A stretch of 64,000 nt of DNA. It comes from Chloroflexota bacterium (lineage in GTDB: Bacteria; Chloroflexota; Anaerolineae; Anaerolineales; UBA11579). The stretch covers positions 25,715 through 89,714 of the forward strand of contig JACPVG010000013.1 of assembly GCA_016191875.1 (NCBI GenBank), in the 5' to 3' direction. The stretch's first letter is position 1; each line of letters opens with the position of its first letter. The translations under genes were made by a program, and so were the position numbers. The notes below the pieces were generated by a model. The model was not told the DNA's origin. It searched no databases and saw only the letters and a program-made list of their open reading frames with translations. This document shows, piece by piece, positions 1-8,849 of the stretch.

Positions 1-2647
1 GCAACGCATAGCAATAGGCGAACAAGTCTTCCGCCGTTACCCTGTCGCTATGTTTTTCTGTTAGCGTGTTGATGACACCGGCAGTGATATTTGGGTCTGT
101 CGCCGCCTTATTGCGCCAAAACGGGATTACATGTGCCCCACCAAACGAACCGCGGAAGTGATCTAAATCTGGTATCAATGCAGTGGCAACTGAGGCAGGT
201 CCTTTGCCAAAGACATTTGTTAGCATGCTCGTCATGTAAACTTGCTTCTCGCTATGCGCGGCTTGCAGGGTGGGGCGTGGCCGGTCACATAGACGGTTGT
301 CGTTCAATACCCAATGCCGGTCAAAACTCCGGTAGGCGTAACGAACCAGTTGAAAAGCAGGGGTATCTGGCCCCAGGTTGGCAATGGCAGGCAATGTCCT
401 ATTGCTGCTGTCCAGCGCGGGGTAACTCTGGGTAATTCTTCGCGCACTGGTTTCGCGCAGGGCCTTACCTCTTTCAGACTTTGGCAATTGAAGCAGCCGC
501 TTCCAGCGGGTTTCCAGCAACGTCTGGCTTTCGCCAATCGGCCAGGCGCGCTTGAACTGCATCCCGTTTTCCTGCCACGGGAATAGGTCCGTGAGCAGCG
601 GCCAACCCCAATAGTCGCCCTCGCCGCCCGGCAAAATCGGGTCCAGCCAGCCGGTGAGGCATTTGCGCCACTTCAGGTCTTTGAAACTGGTCACCGCGGA
701 CAACGCCGCAAATTTCTCTTCCTGTGTACCTTCAATGCGGGCGTACCGAATGGTCGCCGGGGTGTCTGGCCGGGGCGCATCGTAGCGCACGCCAATCGCA
801 ATCGCCACCGGAGATTGAATCGCAAAGACGTTCTCTGTTTTGCGCGCCCCCAAACTATCGCCTTCCAGGTCAATGATCCACAGGTCGTCAAAGGTCTCTC
901 GCATCACCTTGCGCATGCCAGAAAAGCCCGGACCTCTCAAATAGGATGACGCGGTAATAAAACTCACAATGCCGGGGCCGGGCTTGCTCTCAAACACCTT
1001 CCACAACGCCCACCGCCAGAAATAGACATAATCGTTGTACAGGTTCTTGGCATGCACCCCTAAACCACTTTCCGTCAGCGGGTCAAGAAAATCGCGCAAC
1101 GGCGCGCGATTTTTGCCGCCGGGGTCGCCAAAGCGTATCCACCCGCCTTTCCGCTTTTCCTCATCGCCTTCTTCAATCTGCTGGCGGTCATAGGGCGGGT
1201 TGCCAATGCATACCAGCACCGGCGTTTCGGCTTTCACCTTCTGGGCGCGCTTGTGTTCATCTCCCAGCGGGCGGTAGAGCAACGGCAATTCCGGTGGTTG
1301 TTGGTAGGGTGATTCCAGTGTATCGGTAAGGTAGATATGCACGCCGTTTTCCGGCGCTTTCCCGCCCGCGCTCAGAATCTGCTGCGTAAGCCGCAAATGG
1401 GCAACGGCATATGGCCCTACCAGCAATTCGAACGCGTGCATGTTCTCCGCCACGTGGCTGGCATACTGCGCCTGCATGCCCTTGCCTTTAGCGTTGGCCA
1501 CCTGATCCAGCCCATGCTCAATGGCCGCCAGAACGTACGTGCCCGTGCCTGCCGCCGGGTCAAGCGTTACGACATTGGGGTCAACAAAAGAATACTCGGC
1601 TTCGAAATGCTCTGCCAACAATTCTGCAACCAGCCGCACCTGAATTTGCACCACGGGTACCGGGGTGTAAAATACCCCGCGGTTGTTGCGCATGCGCGGG
1701 TCATAAGCAGCCAGAAAATCCTCGTAAAAATACAGCCAAGGGTCGCCCTTGCTTTTTCGGGTCAAGGTTGGAACGTCTACCGCTGAAATCACTCGTTCCA
1801 ACAGGCTCAAGGGTACAGAAATCTCTTCACGAACCGACTCATCACTAAGGATCTTCAATGTGTCTGCCAACAAGCGATGGCCAGTTCGGATTGTGCCAAT
1901 AGCCTTGGGGATGGTAAGTTCATCGGCTCCAGAAAATTGGGCCAGGAGTAGCGCATAGGTTAATGTCTGTGCGTAAGCATCCGCAAATTGCGCATTATCT
2001 GCATCTGGGAACAGGTACTTGCGCCAATCACCTGCTAGCGCGCTCAAACTAGAATCGGGGTTTTGCAGCGAGGCAATCACATCTTCGCGCAGCAGGCGGC
2101 AAATCGGAGCCAGCATCTCTGCTAGTGCGCGCGGCGAGGCGGGAACGATCGGTTCCCAAAACAGAAAATCGCGCAGCATGTCCAGTAAGTCATTCGCGAT
2201 TTTGGCGTTGATACAATCTGCGCCCTCCTCAGTCACATCCCCCGAAAAACGTATCAACTTTTCAACCCGCTCCCCGTTTCTGTAAAGTGCCCACTCATTG
2301 CCATCGGTATAGATGAGATTGGGCAAGTCTTTGAATTTCTCCCACTGCACTTTGTCCGCCCCCTTCAACTTGGCGGGATTAGCACCCTTCCCCGGTGCTT
2401 TCAATTCAATGTGTCCTACAACTAGAGATCTGACGGTAATCCCAACGTCGGGGCGGCCAGCCAACTCATCCACTTGAATTTCAGTAATCTTATTAACTTC
2501 CAAGTTTAACAATTCACCTGCGGTCGTCAGCAATTCAGCGACCGGACTCTTAAGCTGGTCTTCAGGGTTAAAGGACGCTTGCAGCGAAAATGTGGAGGTA
2601 ATTGTCGTCGCAAACTTCTCAAGTGCCTTTTCAAAATCGTGCATCAT
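1..2647 (-). CDS. Type IIG / type ISP-like restriction-modification enzyme. An N-terminal PD-(D/E)xK nuclease-like domain is fused to a gamma-class N6-adenine DNA methyltransferase. The C-terminus runs off the window (partial).
   Basis: The frame is open from ATG 2647 (GGGAG SD just upstream) to position 1. It is absent from the ORF track because its stop is off-window. Hand translation gives MMHDFEKALEKF..., GRPDVGITVRSLVVGHIELKAPGK (D..ExK), VTLDPAAGTGTY (SAM motif I), VLVCIGNPPYDRQQ (motif IV NPPY) and SFDRHWVLNDNRLCDRPRP (type ISP C-terminal-domain-like). No helicase or Walker motifs were seen. Confidence 0.8.
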   Translation of the reverse strand, partial: MMHDFEKALEKFATTITSTFSLQASFNPEDQLKSPVAELLTTAGELLNLEVNKITEIQVDELAGRPDVGITVRSLVVGHIELKAPGKGANPAKLKGADKVQWEKFKDLPNLIYTDGNEWALYRNGERVEKLIRFSGDVTEEGADCINAKIANDLLDMLRDFLFWEPIVPASPRALAEMLAPICRLLREDVIASLQNPDSSLSALAGDWRKYLFPDADNAQFADAYAQTLTYALLLAQFSGADELTIPKAIGTIRTGHRLLADTLKILSDESVREEISVPLSLLERVISAVDVPTLTRKSKGDPWLYFYEDFLAAYDPRMRNNRGVFYTPVPVVQIQVRLVAELLAEHFEAEYSFVDPNVVTLDPAAGTGTYVLAAIEHGLDQVANAKGKGMQAQYASHVAENMHAFELLVGPYAVAHLRLTQQILSAGGKAPENGVHIYLTDTLESPYQQPPELPLLYRPLGDEHKRAQKVKAETPVLVCIGNPPYDRQQIEEGDEEKRKGGWIRFGDPGGKNRAPLRDFLDPLTESGLGVHAKNLYNDYVYFWRWALWKVFESKPGPGIVSFITASSYLRGPGFSGMRKVMRETFDDLWIIDLEGDSLGARKTENVFAIQSPVAIAIGVRYDAPRPDTPATIRYARIEGTQEEKFAALSAVTSFKDLKWRKCLTGWLDPILPGGEGDYWGWPLLTDLFPWQENGMQFKRAWPIGESQTLLETRWKRLLQLPKSERGKALRETSARRITQSYPALDSSNRTLPAIANLGPDTPAFQLVRYAYRSFDRHWVLNDNRLCDRPRPTLQAAHSEKQVYMTSMLTNVFGKGPASVATALIPDLDHFRGSFGGAHVIPFWRNKAATDPNITAGVINTLTEKHSDRVTAEDLFAYCYAL

Positions 2648-2828
2648 GATCTCCCTGTTCGGCATCAGATGCGACCAGCGTCTGACGTTCTTTCTATTAT
2701 AGCGGCGAGGTGGACCTAATCAATAATTTGTAATCAGAAAGTGCCACGGCTAAAGGCGTGATAACCGGAAACTTGTTCAGGGCATATGCACCAGCACGCG
2801 CCAGATTTGGGCGGGGGGACAACTTCCG

Positions 2829-3158
2829 TTAGAGGGCTTCGAGAGCAGATTGGACGTTGCCCAAGAGAGTTTGGAGGTCGCGCTCAATAATCTTCCACAC
2901 GATTTCGAGGCGCACCTGATCATAGCCGTGGACGATGACGTTGCGCGTCCCAATCATCGCCGACCAGGGAATCTCTGGGTGCTCTTCCTGGAATTCGTCC
3001 GAGATGCGGTTGGCTGCTTCCCCCATGATGATAAGGTTGTACATGATCGCATCCTGGGTTTTGTTATCTGCCAGGAATGCGTCATAGTTTGGTACGGCAT
3101 AGCCCTGAATGGCGCGAATGGCAGCGAGGATATCCTCAAGGCGTTGGCGGTCTTTCAT
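2829..3158 (-). CDS. hepT: HepT-type toxin (DUF86/HEPN nucleotidyltransferase-substrate-binding family)
   Basis: 109 aa. The RX4HXY HEPN motif is present as TRNVIVHGY. A 4-nt ATGA overlap joins it to the upstream nucleotidyltransferase gene. Confidence 0.85.
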   Translation of the reverse strand: MKDRQRLEDILAAIRAIQGYAVPNYDAFLADNKTQDAIMYNLIIMGEAANRISDEFQEEHPEIPWSAMIGTRNVIVHGYDQVRLEIVWKIIERDLQTLLGNVQSALEAL

Positions 3159-3454
3159 AGCGGCACGGCCTCGGCCTCAACGGCTTCGGCGAAGGCCCGG
3201 TCTGCGACGCGGGGTAGGGCAAAGCGGGGCACCACATCCACCCGGACGCCCAGCAGGCGTTCCACCTCGTATTGAAAGCCGCCAACGCTCAATCCGGAGG
3301 CGTTTTCTTCCAGTTCGACCAGGAAGTCGGCATCGCTGGCGGCGGTGCTTTCGCCACGCGCCACCGAGCCGAAGACGTACACCCGCCGGATGCCGTATTT
3401 GGCGGCGATGCGCGCCAGTTCTGCCCTGTGATTCTGAAGTTCATCCAATCGCAT
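3155..3454 (-). CDS. mntA: MntA-type antitoxin (minimal nucleotidyltransferase)
   Basis: Start chosen at ATG 3454 (MRLDELQNHRAEL) with a GGAGG SD. It carries the GSVARGE...DADFLV (GSxxRG / DxD) motifs. The longer track ORF to 3562 adds an implausible Pro/Arg-rich N-terminus. Confidence 0.85.
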   Translation of the reverse strand: MRLDELQNHRAELARIAAKYGIRRVYVFGSVARGESTAASDADFLVELEENASGLSVGGFQYEVERLLGVRVDVVPRFALPRVADRAFAEAVEAEAVPL

Positions 3455-3991
3455 AGCGGCCTCCGCTTGAATTATATACCAGCCAGAGAGCGGCGTCAGG
3501 GGGCGCGGGCCGGGACGCGCTACACCTCGGCCGGGCCGGTGGTGTGGAGGAGGACGCCCCACGGTTCACATCCGTGAGGCCGCGAGCGCAAAGACTTCTG
3601 GCCCCCCCTTGACATTTCCCCTCCCCGCACCCCATCCCGCCCCGCCGGTGGTATCCTTAACCCAGTTTGGGGCCATCCATTGCCTTTATGCTTATGCTCT
3701 GTTGCAAAGACGACCAACTTCAATATTGTCATTCTGAGGGAGCGGTCAGCCTACACTCGGCTTGAAAGAATCCTTATCCGCGACCGAAGAATCTCGCGAA
3801 AAGAGCCCCAATTGCGGCGGTGGGTCGTCGGATAAGAAACACTTTTGTCGAGATTCTTCCATCGGGTTTGCAGGTTGGACTGAGTTTGTCGGTGGTCGCA
3901 CTCTCCTTTGGAATGACAGAATGGATTGTTGACATCCTTGCAACAAAGCATTTTGCTTACGCCTTGCTCAGTTGCAGAGATTCACAATAGG

Positions 3992-4131
3992 CAATACTTG
4001 TCACCCTGAGCAAAGCGAAGGGTCGCGAGTCGGGATCTTTTTCAGGCTTACCGGTCTGAAACAACGCCGCTGAACGCGATCCCTCGCTTGGCCGAGCGCC
4101 GCTTCGCAGCGTCGGCTTGCTCGGGATGACA
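3992..4131. repeat. Inverted pair of a short dispersed palindromic-element word (CTTGTCAYCCYGAGCAAGC...GAAGGGTC type). A third degenerate copy lies at about 3727-3800.
   Basis: cttgtcaccctgagcaaagcgaagggtc at 3992-4019, and the reverse complement of gcttgctcgggatgacaag at 4113-4131. gtcattctgaggg...ccgaagaatctcg lies at 3729-3795. Confidence 0.6.
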
Positions 4132-4246
4132 AGGTCTGCGAGAATGCATGTCTGCAACAGAGCACTTTCGCCTTGCGTTCTTCTTGGCGTGGCTATGTTC
4201 ACCGCCCCGCTATCTTTCATGCGCACTTTGCGTGAGATTGCCCCAT

Positions 4247-4545
4247 AAAAAATGGTACATGGGCTGAAAAAACGTTACAAAAATGACACACCCAACCCCA
4301 AAATGGTACACAAAAACGCCAGAATGGTACTTAAAAACGCCCTTTTGGTACACTTTCCCGCAGGGGGGAGGGGTGTTTTGTACCATTTCTCCCAGAGGCG
4401 GAATCGGCTTCCCGGAAATGACCAACTTGCACGGAAACTGACCCACCGAATCTACAAAATGGCGCACGAAATCTATAAAAATGGTGCAGAAAATAGCCGC
4501 TTTGGTGCACTTTTCTTTAGGGGGGAGGGGGGTTTTGCACCATCT
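4247..4545. repeat. Diverged tandem duplication. Each unit carries spaced AATGGTRCA words and ends in a TGGTRCA...TGYACCA hairpin with a GGGGGGAGGGG loop.
   Basis: aatggtaca at 4251, 4302 and 4323; ttggtaca 4345-4352, paired with tgtacca 4378-4385 around the loop caggggggagggg. The second unit has aatggcgca 4458, aatggtgca 4480 and ttggtgca 4502-4509, paired with tgcacca 4535-4542 around the loop aggggggagggggg. Confidence 0.75.
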
Positions 4546-4560
4546 TCACGGCTGCCTGCT

Positions 4561-5601
4561 CTAGGCTTTGCGCGTGATCAGCCGCCGGGCGAGTTCCTCC
4601 AGGGCGGCGCCGGCTTGCGGCTCGGGGCGGGCGTTGTGCAGTTCGGCCAGGGCGGCGCGCGTCAGCCGGTCGGCCTCGTGCTGGACGAATTCGCGTGCGC
4701 CTTCCACCTCCAGTTGCAGGGTCAGCGCGGGCAGTTCCGCGGCGGTCAGCGGCCCCTGCGCCCAGCGGGCGGCGAAATCGCCCGCCTGCCCCAGGGCATA
4801 GAGGACGGGCAGGGACTTCTTGCCCGCCAGCAGGTCGCTCTCGGCCGATTTGCCGGTGAGCGCCGCGTCGCCCCAGATGCCCAGGTAGTCGTCGTACACC
4901 TGGAAGGCCAGCCCCACCTGCTCGCCGAAGCAGGCATAGGCGCGGCAGGCGTCGGCGTCCGCCCCGGCCAGCAGGGCGCCCAGTTCGGCGCAGGCGGCCA
5001 GCAGGGCGGCGGTCTTGCCCTGGATCATCGGCCAGTAATCCGCGGCGGTCAGGTCGGCGCGGCCCTCGTAGGAAAGGTCGAGGTACTGGCCCTTGGTGAG
5101 CGCCAGGCAGGCGCGCGGCAGGATGGCATGCGCGGCCAGAGCCTGGGCGGGCGGGATGCGGGCATCCAGCCGCTCCAGCGCCAGGTGCGCCAGGGCGAAG
5201 AGGGCGTCCCCGGCGTTGATGGCCTGGGCCACGTTCCACTTCGTCCACAGGGTGGCGCGGCCGCGCCGCAGGGCGCTGTTGTCCTGGATGTCGTCGTGGA
5301 TCAGGGAGAAGTTGTGCACCAGTTCCACGGCCGCGGCGGCGGGCAGGGCAACGCGCCAGTCGCCCCCGGCGGAAGCCGCGGAGAGCAGCAGCAGCATCGG
5401 GCGCACGCGCTTGCCCTGGGCCTTGGGGCCGGCGTCTTCGCCTTCCCAGCCGAGGTGATAGGCCAGCATGTGGGCGTATTCGCCCAAACCGGCGCCTTCG
5501 GCGGCGGCGACGCAGTCTTTCAATTCCTGCTCGACGGCCGGGAGCATCCCGGCTTCGTGCTGTTCGAGGAGCGTGGCGGGGGAGAGGGCGGCGTTCACCA
5601 T
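4561..5601 (-). CDS. Polyprenyl diphosphate synthase (GGPP/FPP synthase family)
   Basis: Start at ATG 5601 (MVNAALSP). It has the two Asp-rich motifs LIHDDIQD and [13 protein letters not shown]. The track ORF extension to 5952 is Arg/Pro-rich shadow sequence. Confidence 0.9.
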   Translation of the reverse strand: MVNAALSPATLLEQHEAGMLPAVEQELKDCVAAAEGAGLGEYAHMLAYHLGWEGEDAGPKAQGKRVRPMLLLLSAASAGGDWRVALPAAAAVELVHNFSLIHDDIQDNSALRRGRATLWTKWNVAQAINAGDALFALAHLALERLDARIPPAQALAAHAILPRACLALTKGQYLDLSYEGRADLTAADYWPMIQGKTAALLAACAELGALLAGADADACRAYACFGEQVGLAFQVYDDYLGIWGDAALTGKSAESDLLAGKKSLPVLYALGQAGDFAARWAQGPLTAAELPALTLQLEVEGAREFVQHEADRLTRAALAELHNARPEPQAGAALEELARRLITRKA

Positions 5602-6623
5602 TCGGTCAGCAGGGTGTTCTGGAGGGCGGGGATGTCGGCGGCGCCGGCGGCGAACATGGTCACCTGGATTTCGCGGGCGGTCAGGCGGATGGCCTCGACG
5701 GCGGCGTCCAGCGATTCGCTGGCGGCTTTGAGGAACGGCCCGGCCATGCCGCCCGCTTCGGCCCCCAGGGCGATGCACTTGGCGATGTCCAGCCCGCTGC
5801 GCAGGCCGCCGGAGGCCAGGATCTTCAGGCCGGGGGCCTCGGTGCGAATCTGGTGGATCGATTCGGCGGTGGGGATGCCCCAGGTCAGGAAGGCGGCCGC
5901 CAGGCGGCGCTGGAATTCGGTCTGGGCGCGGTGCATCTCCACCTGGCTCCACGAGGTGCCGCCCGCCCCGGCCACGTCGATGGCGCTGACGCCGGCGCGT
6001 AGCAGCCGCCGGGCGGTGCGGCCGCTGAACCCCCAGCCGACCTCCTTGGCGATGACCGGCACGCCCAGCCCGGCGCAGACCGCTTCGACCTTCTTGAGCA
6101 GGCCGGCCCAGTTGGTGTCGCCTTCCGGCTGGACAGCTTCCTGCAACGCGTTGAAGTGCAGGATGAGGGCGTCGGCCTGGATCATCTCCACGGCGCGGCG
6201 GCAGTGCTCCAGGCCGTACCCGTAGTTGAACTGCACCGCGCCCAGGTTGGCGAAGAGCAGCACATCCGGGGCGTACTTGCGCACCTGGAAGGTCTCGGCC
6301 AGCGAGGGTTCTTCGATGGCGGCGCGCTGGGAGCCGACGCCCATGCCGATGCCCGCCGCCTGGGCGGCCTCGGCCAGGGTGCGGTTGATGCGGGCGGCCT
6401 CCGGCGTGCCGCCGGTCATCGAGGAGATGAACAGCGGCGCGGCCAGCGATTTACCGAACAGGCTCACGCGCGTATCCACTGCGTTCAGGTCCAGTTCGGG
6501 CAGGGCCTCGTGGATGAAGTGCAGGCGTTCCAGGCCGGTGGTCAGTCCGGAGGCGACATCTTCTTCCAGGTTGATGCGGATGTGCTCGCTCTTCCGGGAA
6601 CTGGTCGGCGTAACTTTTGGCAT
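5595..6623 (-). CDS. fni: Type 2 isopentenyl-diphosphate delta-isomerase (FMN-dependent)
   Basis: 342 aa with SSMTGG, GVGSQR and the AGAGGTSW-type TIM-barrel motifs. A 7-nt overlap (5595-5601) joins it to the downstream prenyl synthase. Confidence 0.9.
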   Translation of the reverse strand: MPKVTPTSSRKSEHIRINLEEDVASGLTTGLERLHFIHEALPELDLNAVDTRVSLFGKSLAAPLFISSMTGGTPEAARINRTLAEAAQAAGIGMGVGSQRAAIEEPSLAETFQVRKYAPDVLLFANLGAVQFNYGYGLEHCRRAVEMIQADALILHFNALQEAVQPEGDTNWAGLLKKVEAVCAGLGVPVIAKEVGWGFSGRTARRLLRAGVSAIDVAGAGGTSWSQVEMHRAQTEFQRRLAAAFLTWGIPTAESIHQIRTEAPGLKILASGGLRSGLDIAKCIALGAEAGGMAGPFLKAASESLDAAVEAIRLTAREIQVTMFAAGAADIPALQNTLLTEW

Positions 6624-6686
6624 GAGGTGGTGTTCCTGTGGAATGAAGCAATCTTACCAGTCGCAAATGGCCCTGTCAACGGATGC

Positions 6687-6715
6687 TTGACAGCAAGGCT
6701 GCTGAGGGGTTAAAT
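6687..6715 (+). promoter_or_regulatory. Sigma70-like promoter upstream of acpP
   Basis: TTGACA 6687-6692, a 17-nt spacer, then TTAAAT 6710-6715. Confidence 0.5.
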
Positions 6716-6754
6716 TGGCCTGTTCGATTGGAGTTATCACTGAGATGGAGGACC

Positions 6755-6994
6755 ATGATGTCGGATACGTTCAATGCAGTGAAGGCCATCATCGTTGATC
6801 TGCTGGGTGTGGATGAGGTCAAGATCACGCCCGAGGCGCGCTTTCGCGAAGACCTCGAAGCCGATTCGCTCGATATCGTCGAGTTGATCATGGCATTCGA
6901 GGACAAGTTCGGCAGCGAGATCTCGGATGAGGATGCCCAGAACATCGCCACGGTGGGCGAGGCGGTCAAGTACATCGACGGCCAGCGCGGCTAG
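6755..6994 (+). CDS. acpP: Acyl carrier protein
   Basis: Start at ATG 6755 after GGAGG 6746-6750. The phosphopantetheine site is [16 protein letters not shown] (DSL motif). Confidence 0.9.
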   Translation: MMSDTFNAVKAIIVDLLGVDEVKITPEARFREDLEADSLDIVELIMAFEDKFGSEISDEDAQNIATVGEAVKYIDGQRG

Positions 6995-7022
6995 GCGGTA
7001 CGGCACGAACTGAAAAGCGGCC

Positions 7023-7054
7023 CGGATGGGCCGCTTTTTGTTTTGGGGACCCGG
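7023..7054. terminator. Bidirectional intrinsic terminator between acpP and the histidine kinase gene
   Basis: Stem agcggccc 7026-7033 / gggccgct 7038-7045. An A-run lies on the 5' side and TTTTTGTTTT on the 3' side. Confidence 0.7.
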
Positions 7055-7084
7055 AGCGCCCGCCGATCGCGCTCGAACCGGGCG

Positions 7085-8275
7085 CTATTCCTTGGCTGCG
7101 GATTCGGCGGGCTGGATGTGCAGACGCACGGTGAAGGTGGTGCCTTTGCCCGGCGCGCTCTTCATCTCGATCTCGCCGCTGTGCTGTTCGATGACCTGGC
7201 GGGCGATGGGCAGGCCCAGGCCCACCCCGCCGAACAGGTGGCCGTGATATTCCTCCGTGCGCCAGAAGCGCTCCCAGATGCGCTCCTGCACTTCGGCGGG
7301 AATGCCGATGCCCGAATCCTGCACGGCCACCCAGACGTGCACGGGGTTCTGGTCCACGGTGACGCTGACCTCGCCGCCGTCCAGGCTGAACTTGAAGGCG
7401 TTGTTGATAATGGCGCGGAAGGCGCGCTCCAGGCTCTTGGCGTCGCCGGGGATGTCCGGCAGGTTGGGGGCCTTGTTGAGCCTATAGCCCACCCCGCACT
7501 GCTCGGCCACGCCCTTTTCGGCGTCCAGGGCGGCGGTGACGATGAGGCCGATATCGACCGGCTCGAAATCCGAGAGGATGAGGTCCATCTCCTGCAGGAA
7601 GAGGATGTCGTTGGTGAGCGAGACGATCTGGTCGATGTTGCGGGCCACGGTCGCCAGGCTGTTCTTGAGGGTCTCGCCTTCCATCATGCCCAGGTTGATG
7701 ATCTGCATGAAGCCGGAGGCGGAGGACAGCGGGGTGCGCAGCTCGTGGGCGATGGTGGTGAGGAACTCCTGGCGGGCGCGTTCCAGTTCGGCCAACTGGT
7801 GATAGGCCTGGGCCAGCTCGGCGGCCTTCAGGCGCAGATCTTCGATGGCCATGTCGTCGTTCTCGCGCAGGCGGCGGCTGACCTCGCGCACCATGGCGCG
7901 GGCGATACTCGGGCTGGTGTTCAGGGCGCCGTCGAAGCCTTCCTTGTCGATAGCCAGGACGGTGACGTCGGTGATGGCAGTGATGGTGGCGGCGCGGGGC
8001 GCGTCGTGAATCAGGGCCATCTCGCCGAAGAAGTCGCCCGGCCCCAAGTACTTGAGCAGGCGGTCTTCCTGGGCGTTGATGACCTTGGTGACCTTCACGT
8101 CGCCTTCCAGCAGGATGTAAAAGGTGTGCTCGATGTTGCCCTCGATGGTGAGGCGCGCGCCGGGGGCGTAGTGCTCGATGCGGCCCTGCGAATGCAGGAG
8201 TTCGGCTTCCTCATCCGGGATGCCGGGGAAAGCCTTGCGCAGGGCCTTACGGGAGATGGCGTCGTTATCCAGCAT
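7085..8275 (-). CDS. Cyclic-nucleotide-binding domain sensor histidine kinase
   Basis: The N-terminal cNMP-binding domain shows GDFFGEMALI...RAATITA. It is followed by an HisKA H-box (TIAHELRTPL) and an HATPase_c domain (GIGIP, GGVGLGL). Start chosen at ATG 8275 (MLDNDAIS), overlapping the rsmD stop by 11 nt. Confidence 0.85.
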   Translation of the reverse strand: MLDNDAISRKALRKAFPGIPDEEAELLHSQGRIEHYAPGARLTIEGNIEHTFYILLEGDVKVTKVINAQEDRLLKYLGPGDFFGEMALIHDAPRAATITAITDVTVLAIDKEGFDGALNTSPSIARAMVREVSRRLRENDDMAIEDLRLKAAELAQAYHQLAELERARQEFLTTIAHELRTPLSSASGFMQIINLGMMEGETLKNSLATVARNIDQIVSLTNDILFLQEMDLILSDFEPVDIGLIVTAALDAEKGVAEQCGVGYRLNKAPNLPDIPGDAKSLERAFRAIINNAFKFSLDGGEVSVTVDQNPVHVWVAVQDSGIGIPAEVQERIWERFWRTEEYHGHLFGGVGLGLPIARQVIEQHSGEIEMKSAPGKGTTFTVRLHIQPAESAAKE

Positions 8276-8849
8276 GGTCGTTTTCCGGTTTGCGTTCGTA
8301 GAACACCAGCAGGGTGTTGCCGTATTTGCGCTGGTCAAATTCCTCCAAGTGTACCAGCGTCAGGGCTTCGTATTCCTTCGGGTCGATCTGGGCGATGGCC
8401 CAGCCGTCGTCCACCAGCCAGGCGGGATTGGGGTCGAGGGCTTCGAGGGCTTTGCGCCACATGCCCTTGTACTGCGGCGGGGCGATGTAGACGTAATCGA
8501 AGGCCCGGTCGGGGCGGCGTTTGAGCAGGGCGAAGGCGTCGCCCTGGAGCACCTCGGCCTGGGCGCTGAAGCGGGTGTGCTCGAGGTTGGCGCGGATGGT
8601 CTGGATGGCGCGGCGGTTGTTGTCGCAGAAGCGGACGAAGGCCGCCCCGCGGCTGAGGGCCTCGATGCCCACCGCGCCGGTGCCGGCGAACAGGTCGAAG
8701 AAGGCGCCGCCGGGCAGGGCGGGGTTGAGGATGTTGAAGAGGGATTCCTTGGCCCGGTCGGTGATCGGCCGGGTGCCTTCGCCGGGCACGTCGGCCAGCT
8801 TCATGCCGCGCGCCGAACCGGCGATGACCCGCAAACGTCTGACGCTCAT
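8265..8849 (-). CDS. rsmD: 16S rRNA (guanine966-N2)-methyltransferase RsmD family
   Basis: 194 aa: RVIAGSARGMKL, DLFAGTGAVGIEALSRGA, YIAPPQY. Confidence 0.85.
   Translation of the reverse strand: MSVRRLRVIAGSARGMKLADVPGEGTRPITDRAKESLFNILNPALPGGAFFDLFAGTGAVGIEALSRGAAFVRFCDNNRRAIQTIRANLEHTRFSAQAEVLQGDAFALLKRRPDRAFDYVYIAPPQYKGMWRKALEALDPNPAWLVDDGWAIAQIDPKEYEALTLVHLEEFDQRKYGNTLLVFYERKPENDHAG

Noticed and set aside
3520-3951. Several 64-70-aa ORFs on the minus strand in the 3455-4250 spacer.
   Set aside because: They overlap one another in different frames, lack SD sequences, and their peptides are translations of the palindromic repeat words.
4252-6225. 657-aa plus-strand ORF spanning the polyprenyl synthase and fni region. 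Similar very long ORFs lie at 9770-12259 (+), 14425-16173 (+), 16297-18093 (-), 23835-25448 (-), 31600-33255 (-), 40948-42759 (-), 45811-47166 (-), 50840-52603 (-), 54301-55623 (-) and 56497-57573 (-).
   Set aside because: Each lies antisense to, or out of frame with, a gene that has clear family motifs. Their translations are Arg/Gly/Pro/Ala-rich low-complexity sequence, typical of stop-poor shadow frames in high-GC DNA.
6755-6994. acpP as part of a polyketide, fatty-acid or isoprenoid cluster.
   Set aside because: No KS, AT or fab genes are adjacent. The gene has its own promoter and terminator and is divergent from the isoprenoid genes, so it was treated as a stand-alone ACP.
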